Assembly (NCBI RefSeq): GCF_001194135.2
Contig: NC_068983.1
Coordinates: 116,144,947 to 116,208,946, forward strand
Direction of reading: 5' to 3'
Length of the DNA stretch: 64,000 nucleotides
DNA from: Octopus bimaculoides
Taxonomy: Eukaryota
The position numbers and the translations under genes were made by a program. The notes below the pieces were generated by a model. That model saw nothing but the letters and a program-made list of their open reading frames with translations. It ran no database searches and was not told the origin of the DNA. Positions within the stretch are counted from its first letter, which is position 1, and every line of letters starts with the position of its first letter. Below, piece after piece: positions 38,027 through 49,512 of the stretch.

Positions 38027-39314
38027 GGTGTGAGAGGATGATTAAGGAATAATTAGTTTAGTTAAGATAGGAAATAGAAAGTGAATGTAGGGATATTGTA
38101 TATGTAAATCCATTGTTTAGGCAGAATGGTATACATATAAGATTCTAATACCTTGTGAGTAAAATCCAATTGTTTTTAAGATTGGTCGTTGCCTTTGTAA
38201 ATCCANNNNNNNNNNNNNNNNNNNNNNNNNNNNNNNNNNNNNNNNNNNNNNNNNNNNNNNNNNNNNNNNNNNNNNNNNNNNNNNNNNNNNNNNNNNNNNN
38301 NNNNNNNNNNNNNNNNNNNNNNNNNNNNNNNNNNNNNNNNNNNNNNNNNNNNNNNNNNNNNNNNNNNNNNNNNNNNNNNNNNNNNNNNNNNNNNNNNNNN
38401 NNNNNNNNNNNNNNNNNNNNNNNNNNNNNNNNNNNNNNNNNNNNNNNNNNNNNNNNNNNNNNNNNNNNNNNNNNNNNNNNNNNNNNNNNNNNNNNNNNNN
38501 NNNTATATAGATAGATAGAGAGAGAGAGAGAAAGACTTGGCCCCAAAAATTAGCTTTCTCCTACTATAATCTGTGATTATAGGGCTGCTGTTTTCCCTTT
38601 AAGTATATAATATGGTTGCACTTATGGTCAAATGGTTGAGAAGTTTACTTTGCAGTTATGAGTTCCCAGGTTCAATGCCACTGTATAGCATCTTGGTTTC
38701 ACCAGCGCAAAGTTAGTATGACTGAATAAACAGAGACTATTTGGTTGCTCACAGATGGGCTGTAACTATAACTTGTTAATTCTACTTGAGAATTACTTTA
38801 GAAGTATATATGTCTGTGGAATGCTTAACTACTTTCATACTAATTCAGTGAGCAGACCAATTTGTTGATCAAACAATGGAAATCCATTTCCATTTATCCT
38901 ATAAATGTTATTTCTATCTGAGAATGTGTGAGATATAGAGGTGTAAAAAAAAAAAAAAATTCTGCAATGAAAGTTTAAGTAGATTCAGTGAGCCACTCCA
39001 CTACTGAAGGCCTTTTTTATCATCCAATGTTGAGGAAAATGATAAGTGGCCAGGAAATTACTACAGGGCAGCTAATCTGGAGAATTGTTGGCATTCAATA
39101 TCCTTAATCTTTGAATCAAGGCTTTTTGACATAAATACGCTGAAAAGTAACCAGATTTCATTTGCTAACATTTGCAGTCTCTTAGCTAGTTGTTTCTTAG
39201 CTGCACATCAACTTTAATTGAATAGACTCACGATCAAAAGCATCCAAGACATGTACATCTCATCTATAATGTGTCCATCCCGTTTTAAGATGGCAGACTG
39301 TGATTTGAGTGATG

Positions 39315-39540
39315 TTAACCCATTAGCATTTAAACTGGTCATATCTAGCCTAAATATTCTACTTATTTTATGTTCAAACTGGCCAGATCTGACTTTTCAC
39401 ACCTACCCTGCAATGTTATCTTAAAAATAGACAATTGCACCATCAAAACCTTGTAGCTACAAGATAATGCATGATTAATGCAAAACAATGTGAATAAACA
39501 AGCATCACATTTGACAGTATTCTGAATGCTGAAGGCTTAA
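39315..39540. mobile_element. TTAA-flanked MITE, opposite orientation to 29812-30036
   Basis: Ends ttaacccattagcattta and tgaatgctgaaggcttaa; internal homology to the other copies. Confidence 0.7.
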
Positions 39541-39576
39541 GCTGTTATATCTTGCTGATTGAGTGACTGTATAGAT

Positions 39577-39807
39577 CAGTAATTCTCAACTGGGGGTCCA
39601 CATAAGATTTTGTTAAAATTTATCTGCATTAAATTGCTTATACTTCTACAGTGCTCAAAATATTTTAATTTTTTTTATACAATTCCTTATAATATTTAAT
39701 TATAGAAATATGGTAGAATTTTTTTTGTATATATTGAATGACTATGGAGGCCCAGGTAAAATAGGAATCAAAGGGCTCCACGGACAACAAATGGTTGAGA
39801 ACCACTG
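39577..39807. mobile_element. Older hAT MITE
   Basis: TIRs cagtaattctcaac and gttgagaaccactg; degenerate TSD gtatagat/gtgtagac. Confidence 0.75.
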
Positions 39808-41177
39808 GTGTAGACGTTTCCTCATTGACTCCAAAAAGTCATGAGAAAACCAAATAAGATCAAATCTTTGTTGAAGATGTGAATTTTATTTGCACACTAT
39901 TGAAAGGTTTTTTTCTTCGACCATCTGCTTTACACTGATAACGTTTTTTAACCCTTTTGATGTCATCTTGCCTGAGATCTGAATGAACTGCTCCAGTTCA
40001 CTCATTTGTAGAAATGAGTTGCAACGTCACTGGTGCCAAGCTGTATTGGCTTTTCCCTTGGATAACATCGGTGGTGTGGAAAGGGGAGGCTGGTATGCAT
40101 GGGCGACTGCTGGTCTTCCATAAATAACCTTGTCTGAACTTGTGCCTTGGCGGGTAACTTTTCTAGGTGTAAACCCATGGTCATTCATGACCAAAGGGGG
40201 TCTTTACCTTTTACCCGAGAGCTCTCTTGGTTCTATGATACCAGCTTCTTGTTATAAAGTGATCTAAATTAAAACTGTCCATCAAAATTTTATGTTATGT
40301 ATCAAACACCAGATTTTGAAATCAATTGAAACAAAAGCTGTGCATCACAACAGAAATATGGTAACAAAAAGGTTAATGTATAAGAAAAATTAGAAAGAGA
40401 AAATAAAGTTTTGAAAGAAAATAAGACTGCGATCTCTTTAACTATTTCCAGTGAAGAGTTTTAAAATGAGAATAAGATGAGATGGAAAAGCTGAATGAAT
40501 AAACTTGCCAAACAAATACTTTAAAATTTTTGTTTGTTTAAATTTATGTTACTTAAGAAAAAAATATACATAAATAACAGTTATCACCATCATCATCATT
40601 TAATGACTGTTTTCCATGCTGGCATGGGTTGGACAGTTTGACAGGAGCTGGCTAGCTGGAGAGCTACACAAGGCTCCAGTTGTCTGTTTTGGCATGGTTT
40701 CCATGGCTGGATGTCCTTCCTAATGCCAACCACTTTACAAAATGTACTGGGTGCTTTTTACATGGTACCAGCACCTGCAAGCTTGCAAGACAAGGACCTT
40801 TGTTGAGAGAGGGAGTGGAGCTGAGAGATTAGAGTATGACAGAAATAACCCTCTTACTATTGAGGAGATACTTGACTACTTCAATGGGACAAGGAAGGTG
40901 GGAGAGAGTTAGAGAAAGACAGTTGGAGCGAGAGATGGGAACAGTGGGGGTAGTATGAGTAGTCCAGAGGAGATAGAGGTGGCTGTTTTATAAGAGTGTG
41001 AGGGGAGATGCCTAGAGATAGCAAGTGATGTTGTGAGGAATTGTGGAGAGTGTACAGATATCCTTTCAGTCCTCTCATTTACTCATGAAAACTAAAAGTG
41101 TTTCTGATGTAAAAGAGAGAAAGAGAGAGAGAGATCAACTGCAGTATTTGTAGGTGTTTGAAGAATATACTCTAGCA

Positions 41178-41443
41178 CAGGGGTTTTCAAACTTTTTGAC
41201 TTGTGGACCCCTTTATATTTCAGGCTTTACCTTATAAACGCTTATGAAATTTATGCATAAATATTTGCTTAAAATAACATATATTTTTACATTTATTTAT
41301 TTAACTGTATTTAACAAATAGGTTTATTGTCAATTAAAAGATTTCGATTAAAAAACATATATAGAATCAAATTGCCCATAAAAAGTATTTGCTGTCCACG
41401 GACCCCCTGTCTTGTCCTTGCGGACCACAGTTTGAAAACCCTG
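41178..41443. mobile_element. Young hAT (Charlie-like) MITE
   Basis: TIRs caggggttttcaaa and tttgaaaaccctg; perfect 8-bp TSD CTCTAGCA (41170-41177, 41444-41451). Confidence 0.92.
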
Positions 41444-42104
41444 CTCTAGCAAATAAAGAACTTCTCAAACTTTTGCAACTACATAATTTCAATAATTTGT
41501 GTAAGAGTTGTTAGATTATTGGAGTGCTTATTATATCTTCATCTTCTCCACCGCTACCACCAATATATTTTATCAATGGCTTCACTTTTAATCCGTTGTG
41601 TCTTCCAGCCATCTACTACTGGAGTAGTTATAAACTGGTAGAGGATATATGGAGCAGAACATCAGAGGTGTATATTCTGGATGTGCTAGGTGTGTGCTGC
41701 ACACCCACTGAAAATGGAAAATTCTTAAATATTAACCTTCCTCATTAATTTAATCACAAATCTTAATGGAAAACTTTTGTTATACCCTAGCTTGAAATTT
41801 GGTGGCACTGGGTGTGGCAGCACACCCAATACAACAACCACCGCTGGACATTATTGTTTTATGTAGAGAAACACCAGCAGCAGTGACTTTATATTGTGAA
41901 TCACCAATTGCTCTGTTATTTAGGCTACAGGTGTTGCAACGTTCATAGATTTAAAAACAGTAGAGAACTAACTTTACACTTTATAAGTTATGCCTTTTTG
42001 TAATAATTAATAAGCTAACGTCCTGAAAGACACTGCAAATAGTTTCTTATTTCTTTATTGCCCACAAGGGGCTAAACATAGAGGAGACAAACAAGGTCAG
42101 ACAG

Positions 42105-42660
42105 TGCGTAACTGGTACTTAATTTATTGACCCCGAAAGGATGAAAGGTAAAGTCGACCTCGGCGGAATTTGAACTCAGAACGAAATACCGCTGAGCNNN
42201 NNNNNNNNNNNNNNNNNNNNNNNNNNNNNNNNNNNNNNNNNNNNNNNNNNNNNNNNNNNNNNNNNNNNNNNNNNNNNNNNNNNNNNNNNNNNNNNNNNNN
42301 NNNNNNNNNNNNNNNNNNNNNNNNNNNNNNNNNNNNNNNNNNNNNNNNNNNNNNNNNNNNNNNNNNNNNNNNNNNNNNNNNNNNNNNNNNNNNNNNNNNN
42401 NNNNNNNNNNNNNNNNNNNNNNNNNNNNNNNNNNNNNNNNNNNNNNNNNNNNNNNNNNNNNNNNNNNNNNNNNNNNNNNNNNNNNNNNNNNNNNNNNNNN
42501 NNNNNNNNNNNNNNNNNNNNNNNNNNNNNNNNNNNNNNNNNNNNNNNNNNNNNNNNNNNNNNNNNNNNNNNNNNNNNNNNNNNNNNNNNNNAGTACTATT
42601 TGAGAACTGGTGGTCAGTGTAACCACTTCCCCACCCCTCAAAATTGCTGTTCTTGTGGCA
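42105..42660. mobile_element. SINE family B pieces flanking a 393-nt N-gap
   Basis: Minus-strand body at 42105-42197 and a plus-strand tail piece at 42591-42660. Confidence 0.6.
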
Positions 42661-44104
42661 AAATAAGAAAAGATTTATTACCGAATCTTGGGTCGCTGCT
42701 ACGTTAATTTATGAGATTCTATATTTCTTTGTATTGATAATTACTACTTATTCTTTGGTATCTGTATGTCTCAAGAGTCATATATCGGCGGTTCATGGGA
42801 AATCTCCGTTCTCTGTGTTGGTAGTGTGTGGTACCATTCGCTCGCTCGCTTTTCTCAACACATACACACAGCGAAGTAAACTCAAGGGACCAAGGGGAAG
42901 AACTCTTTCTTATCAACGTGTCTTTTTAAATAATTCACTTTTTTCCCCACCATCTAAAAAATACATTTTCTCGCAATTTACAGAAATTAAGCGTATTGGC
43001 AAGATAGTAAATCTTCACAATTATTTAACACTGGTTTTCCATGCTGGCAAAGTTTACACGTGTTTTCTCTGCTTAAGTTCTTATTCAGAGTTACTGTCTT
43101 CCTTGACAAGTTAGGAGACCATTTCTCATGTTACATTTTTGGTATGCTTTTTTACGATTGGATGCTCCTTCTAACACCAACCACCTTACAGAGCGTACTG
43201 AGCGCATTGATCATGACACATCCTAAATTATTTCCTGTGGTCATGGAGTTTCATGTTATGTGCAACCAAGGCATTAAAACAGAATGACTCTCCCCAGACA
43301 CAACAAAAAATTCTCTCTAGTATAAACTCAAAGCCTGAAATTTTGTGGGAGGGAGCTTAACTTATTTTATCAACCCCAAAAGGTAAACTCGATCTCGATG
43401 GAATTTGAAGTTAGAATGAAATGCTGCTAAGTAATTTGTCTAGCATGCAAACAACTCTGCAAGCTTGCCATCTGAATAATAATAATTTTTTTTGTATTAT
43501 AGGGACAAAGGCCTGAAAATCAAGGGGATGGGGGTAGTTGATTACATTCACCTCAGTGTTCAACGGGTTCTTATTTCTTGACTCTGAAAGGATGAAAGGC
43601 AAAGTCAACCTAAGTGAAACTTAAAGCTGCCTGAAATGCCTTTAACAATGTTTCTGCCAATAATAATAATGGTTTCAAATTTTGGCACAAGGCCAATAAT
43701 AATAATAATAATAATAATGATAATTATTATTGTAGCAGACCAAACAATTAAAACTTTATTTAGTGCAAATTAATTGTGGAAGCTTATCTTGATCTGCAGC
43801 TTTATCCTAATCTTAGCTTTGTATAGACAAGTATAATTCTTATGTTATTGTTTCTAATTGTTAGTTTATGGAAATGCATGGTTGGTTTTATTTGATTACA
43901 AGAATTAGGCATTCTTATTACACAGATGGAATTATCATCTTTCTAAACACCTATTTATTAATTCATGTATAATTTGAATTTTTTCACAAAAAAAAAATTT
44001 AAAAATTTAATCTTAGGGGTGCATGTTATGTGTATTTAATTACAATCCCCACATTATGGAACCCTGCAATAATGAAATAAACTTTTATTATGTTATTTCC
44101 ACAG

Positions 44105-44500
44105 ATACAGATGTGGCTGTGTGGTAAGAAGCTTGCTTCCCAATCACATAGTTCTGGGTTCAGTGGCATCTTAGGCAAAAATGTCTTGTGAATGGATTTG
44201 GTCGACAGAAACTGAAAGAAGCCTGTTGTGTGTGTGTGTAGATATTGTGTGTAAATATATATATGTCTGTGTGTGTGTCTTTGTGTCTGTCCCCCTCCAC
44301 CACTTGACAACTGGCGTTGGTTTTTTTACATTCCTGTAACATAGTGGTTTGACAAAAAAAAAAAGAAAAAAGAGACTGATAGAATAATTACCAGGTTTTT
44401 TTTTTTTTGGCAGGGAGTACTGGGGTCGATTCATTCGACTAAAAATTCTTCAAGGTGTTGCCCCAGCATGGTTGCAGTCTAATGACTGAAAAAGTTAAAG
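44105..44500 (+). mobile_element. SINE family A (older subfamily)
   Basis: Homologous head, microsatellite and tail. Confidence 0.75.
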
Positions 44501-45190
44501 ATAACGGAAAAATATAAAATGAAATATTAAAAATTGGAATGTAGAGGATTATCTCCTCTTGTGGTTGTGCAACATGGTGTGCTAGAAATAAGGATTATGA
44601 ACTTGAAAGACAGTCAAAATTAGCATTGTTTATGAACTTTTACACTAAGTTGTATGGCTTCTGTCATCCCAAATTAGAATAATTTGTTGGAATTATTGAA
44701 CCAAACAATGCGTAGACAACCATTTTTTCTTAATACTGTTCATATCTGTGCAAGGATAGTTTTTCACTTCATTATTTTGGAATGGGCAAGCTCAAAAAAA
44801 AAGTAAATAAGAGCCATTACAATACAACTGTTTTTGTTGTTATTGATAGTGTAAAACCTCACCAAGAGTTGGTATTGATGTTGGCTTCTTCACAAGATAT
44901 TGAAAGATTTTGTAGTTACAAAAATGAATATGCTAATTTAAATAGGGTAGTGGGTGGGGCATAAGGAATAAGATTCACTGCATTTTTGACTGAGAAAAAA
45001 AAATTTCTTTTTACAAATATTCACTACCTTATAAAAACTATATCAGCTAAGCAAATTGATTATTTATAACATAAGCTGAACACTATTTCAGAAAATACAC
45101 TTTTTTGAGATCAGTGAATTTTCGTCACTGGAAAAAGTACATATGTATTTGCATTGGGAGCCCTTTGCATTGAAGATCGGTGATTGTCAT

Positions 45191-45229
45191 ACGATGACGA
45201 AGGGTAAATACCCAGAAACCCGGGTCCGT
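45191..45229 (+). ncRNA. Degenerate hammerhead-like motif (C3 replaced by A)
   Basis: ACG-ATGACGA-A-GGGT-aaat-ACCC-A-GAAA-CCCGGGT-C-CGT: stems I, II and palindromic III plus a GUC triplet; one core substitution. Confidence 0.5.
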
Positions 45230-45913
45230 GCGTATTATGTCAGATCGATGATGGGAAGGATGACTTCCCTTTGCAAATACTGACAGGGCACAAAAAGTGT
45301 GTCAATAGCAAGCTGGAAGAGATGTTCTCCTGGGGCTAAAAGCAACGGTAACATTCACCCTTAGGGTTTAGCCGCATTTAAGTGGCAAATATACTTCACG
45401 TTATCTCTCTTCTCTTTGAACGTATAAAAGACAAATTTAGCTGGGGCAAAATGAGTAAGACAAGATAAGGTAAATTTGCGTCTTCAATTCTTCAGAATTA
45501 CATTTGAGAAAAGACTCATACACATCAATATCCGTCCTTAGTCACCAGAAAGATCAGAAATGCAGCAAAAATTTGAAATATCTTGGTCAAATTGAAAGAG
45601 GATCCAAGAAAAATGGCACATAATATGAAATTAACAAAACTTAATTAAATCTAAAAACTCAACATAAAATATTCTCTATAGGTTTCACACGATCTGCTGG
45701 CATGGCTCTCTTCATGATATATTTATGCATTATGCAGTTAAAGAGAAGAAATTATTGAAATTTGTCATTACTTATTTTGTCCCAGTTTAGACATCATTCT
45801 ACGAAAATTGAAAAATGATCAAATTAGACAGTGTGGGCAAAAATTGTCTTTGAATCCACCAGAGAAAATAATATTGATTGTTAAACACCAAGAATTATTC
45901 AGATATTTTATTA

Positions 45914-46072
45914 GCAGGAGTGGTTGTGTGGTAAGTAGCTTGCTTACCAACCACATGGTTCCGGGTTCAATCCCACTGCGTGGCACCTTGGGCAAGTGTC
46001 TTCGACTATAGCCTCGGACCGACCAAAGGCTTGTGAGTGGATTTGGTAGACGGAAACTGAAAGAAGCCCGTC

Positions 46073-46128
<56 letters not shown>

Positions 46129-46331
46129 TTGTGTGTCTGTGTTTGTCCCCCCAGCATCACTTGACAACCGATGGCGGTGTGTTTACATCCCCGTAACTTA
46201 GCGGTTTGGCAAAAGAGACCAATGAATAAGTACTAGGCTTCCAAAGAATAAGTCCTGGGGTTGATTTGCTCAACTAAAGGCGGTGCTCTAGCATGGCCGC
46301 AGTCAAATGACTGAAACAAGTAAAGAGTAAA
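45914..46331 (+). mobile_element. SINE family A
   Basis: Full-length copy with internal (TA)n(TG)n. Confidence 0.9.
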
Positions 46332-46689
46332 CTCAGTTATAATCGGCTGGAGGAAAAATTTCTTCTTCTTCAAAAAAAAAAAAGAAAGTATCGTCTGACT
46401 GTTTCAAACTCTTTCAACTTCAACTATAGCTATGCTGATCAATTCTTATTCCTTAGATAATGCAACAATAGAAAATGATTATATAATACTTGTAATGTCA
46501 TGGTTTCAGACAGATAGGGAGAAAATAACAAGAAATCAGAAGTTATTCATTTTGCCTCAGTTACCAATTCTGCCCCATTCTATTAAAACTCTCGAGGCAC
46601 GGATTACTATTAAGGGGAGAAAACTCTTGCTAGATCGTGTCTTTAAAATTGTTCTTTAAGAGTTCTATCTGAATACATCTTTTGCCTTT

Positions 46690-46905
46690 TACTTGTTTCA
46701 GTCATTAGACTGCGGCTATGCTGGGGCACCGCCTTGAAGAGTTTTTTTTAGTCGAATTAATCGACATCAGTGCTTACGTTTTATTAAGCCTGGTACTTAT
46801 TCTATCGAACTCTATTGCCGAACGGACAAGTTACGGAGACGTAAACACACCAGTACCGTTTGTCAAGTAGTAGTAGGGAACAAACACAGACAGAAGGACA
46901 TACAC
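46690..46905 (-). mobile_element. SINE family A 3' half
   Basis: Reverse complement of the tail and post-microsatellite region. Confidence 0.75.
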
Positions 46906-46951
46906 ACATATATATACCGGGATTTTCCGAAAATCCGCCCATCCATTAGAT

Positions 46952-47230
46952 CAGGGGTTTTCAAATTGTGGTCCGCAAGGACAAGACAGGGGGTCCGTGG
47001 ACAGCAAATACTTTTTATGGGCAATTTGATTTTATATATGTTTTTTAATCGAAATCTTTTAATTGACAATAAACCTATTTGTTAAATACTGTTAAATAAA
47101 TAAATGTAAAAATATATGTCATTTTAAGCAAATATTTATGTATAAATTTTATAAGCGTTTATAAGGGGGTCCCTAAGGTAAAGCCTGAAATATAAAGGGG
47201 TCCGCAAGTCAAAAAGTTTGAAAACCCCAG
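46952..47230. mobile_element. Young hAT MITE, same family, opposite orientation to 41178-41443
   Basis: TIRs caggggttttcaaa and tttgaaaaccccag; perfect 8-bp TSD CATTAGAT (46944-46951, 47231-47238). Confidence 0.92.
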
Positions 47231-49477
47231 CATTAGATCACCCATGAGCGTTTATTTGGATGGGCGGTTATTTGAGGTTAAAAGTTGAAAAGAGTTAGTG
47301 TTCTTGTTTGCATTCTGTTTAGAAGTTCATTAGCTCTACGTCTGTAGATAAATTCAAAGGGTTTTTATTCTCAATAATGGAGTCGAAAGAAAATATATCA
47401 AAACGTGTTCAACGATCATATACCTTTAGTGAAAACTTGAGTGCTATTAAACGAATGAAAGAATATTCTGGCAGTTTATCTGCTGTGTCAAGAGACAGGT
47501 ATTAATAGAAAACGATTGAGAGAATGGTGCACAAAAGAAACTGAGTTAATCCATATGTCAGACAAGAGGAGGTGCAGATCAATTGGTGGAGGTAGAGGGA
47601 TCTAGAGATTGAACTCTTACAGTGGATTGTTGTTCAGCGTGCAAACAATATAATTTAAAATTATTGTTGCTTGTAGGAATATACTTTTGAATTGGTAAAA
47701 AGGTTTGGAATTGAAATGAACAGCTTTAGATGTTCTGATAAATGGATTTTCACTTTCATGAAACAGAATAAACTGCCTAAGGGACCATGTAGTGGGACTG
47801 AACCTGGAACCATATGGTTGGGAAATAAGCTTCTTAGCACATAACCATGCTTGCACCAATGTTTATAATTTAAAATACAGCAGAACACATGGCTTTTAAT
47901 AATATAATATATTAATAAGCAAAGTACATATGAGAATGAGAGGTTGATATTTCTAGACTCTACAGTCTAAGTGAATGAACTAGTTATTCTCTTGGCATTA
48001 ACAAGATGACTCAACATTACAGTAACTGAGCATGCCCAAAGAATTGTTTAGCTATATCCTTTACCCCTGGGCCTATATTTGTGCTATTTTGAAAATAATA
48101 TTGTAATTCCATTGTTTATTGTGACATACTTGTAGAGACTTATATTTTCAGACTGCTCTGGGAAAATGTTAATTGAAATAAATTCTGAAGTAAATTTGTT
48201 AAGGAACCCTAAATAAAAAATAAAGAAATTAAGGCAATCAAATACAGAAATTGCCTAAACTGGTTTTGAAATATCAGTCACTTATTATTATCTGTTTATC
48301 TTATGTTCCTTTAAAGGTGAACATTGAAATAAGTAAGCCTTATATATACATTAAGGTATTCAAGCATCTGTTGTTATTACAAGATTCTGAAAACTAAATA
48401 TTTTATTTACTATTTCTTTCTCCATTAATTTGTTGCATTGTTCCAGTATAACCAATCTGCAATGGTTTAACCAACTAAAGGACCTTTGAGTTTTTGTTGT
48501 AGACAGATAATATACAAGTACCAGCTTAAATTGGCATTTAGTGAAGAGAAGCTTCCAGTGAGCAGCCTACAATTTGATTTCTAGTTGGGGTTATTTCATT
48601 TCTTAGGCTGTGTACCTGTATAGGAAAACAAGTATTTAGTTTAGATATTCATGTAGATGGTTACTAATGCTTCTGTATATTGAAAGACTGAATTATTGAA
48701 AATCTAAAAAACAAAACAAATAGATAATCTGTCTGAAGAATTAGTTAAGAGAAAAGGTAAGCTAACATTGAAAGGCTGTATATGCAGTTGAAAGATACAG
48801 TTTTATCCAGTTATTTATTATCAGTTTGGCTCCTGAAATGTTTTGTATAAAATAATATTCTACATAAATAGCTGATTAACCTCGATTGTCTATTTTCTGG
48901 TCTTTTTAAAAGTTGCTTGAAGTGTGAGCCACTTATGTTACAGTACTAAGTTGATAGTTACACCCTCATTAATTCATAAATATCATCTACATAATTTCTG
49001 AGAACAGATAAAAGTTAAGTTGAAAAAGTGACATCTAAAATTTAGCCAAAGTTCATAGAAATCTAATAGTAACTCTTTGGAAGCAAAGCCTTACTAATGC
49101 TATACTGAAATTGGCCTTGAAGTCAGTCTGGAATTTTAAAGACTGACTGTAAATTGGTATAATTGTCTTTAAAGAATTAATAGTGTAGGATTATGTTGAC
49201 TTTGTAGATCTGTCATTGACATAACAGTTGGATAAAACTTGGTCAACAAGAACTTTTCCATTTTTCACTATGAGAATATATTTTCTGTGTATGCATGTAG
49301 ATGTCAAGGAAACAGGTGGAGTTTTTCTGAGAGATGATAGCATTCATAGCATCTGGCTTATGGTCAGCTGCCTCAAGCCATGCTCAAAAACTAACATATC
49401 TCATACAAGTAGGTTTAGCTTTTTGTATCTCATAAAATTATGATGAGAGTAAAATAGATAAGAAAACACACACACAC

Positions 49478-49512
<35 letters not shown>

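Noticed and set aside
42072-42641. Long ORFs of 189 and 150 aa (also 38145-38546, 21323-21682, 56336-56749)
   Set aside because: They are open only because they run through N-gaps or dinucleotide repeats.
42644-43114. 156-aa ORF on +
   Set aside because: It starts in a SINE tail, ends in family C repeat sequence and shows no recognisable domain.
45355-45375. TTAGGG telomere-like word
   Set aside because: Single unit, expected by chance.
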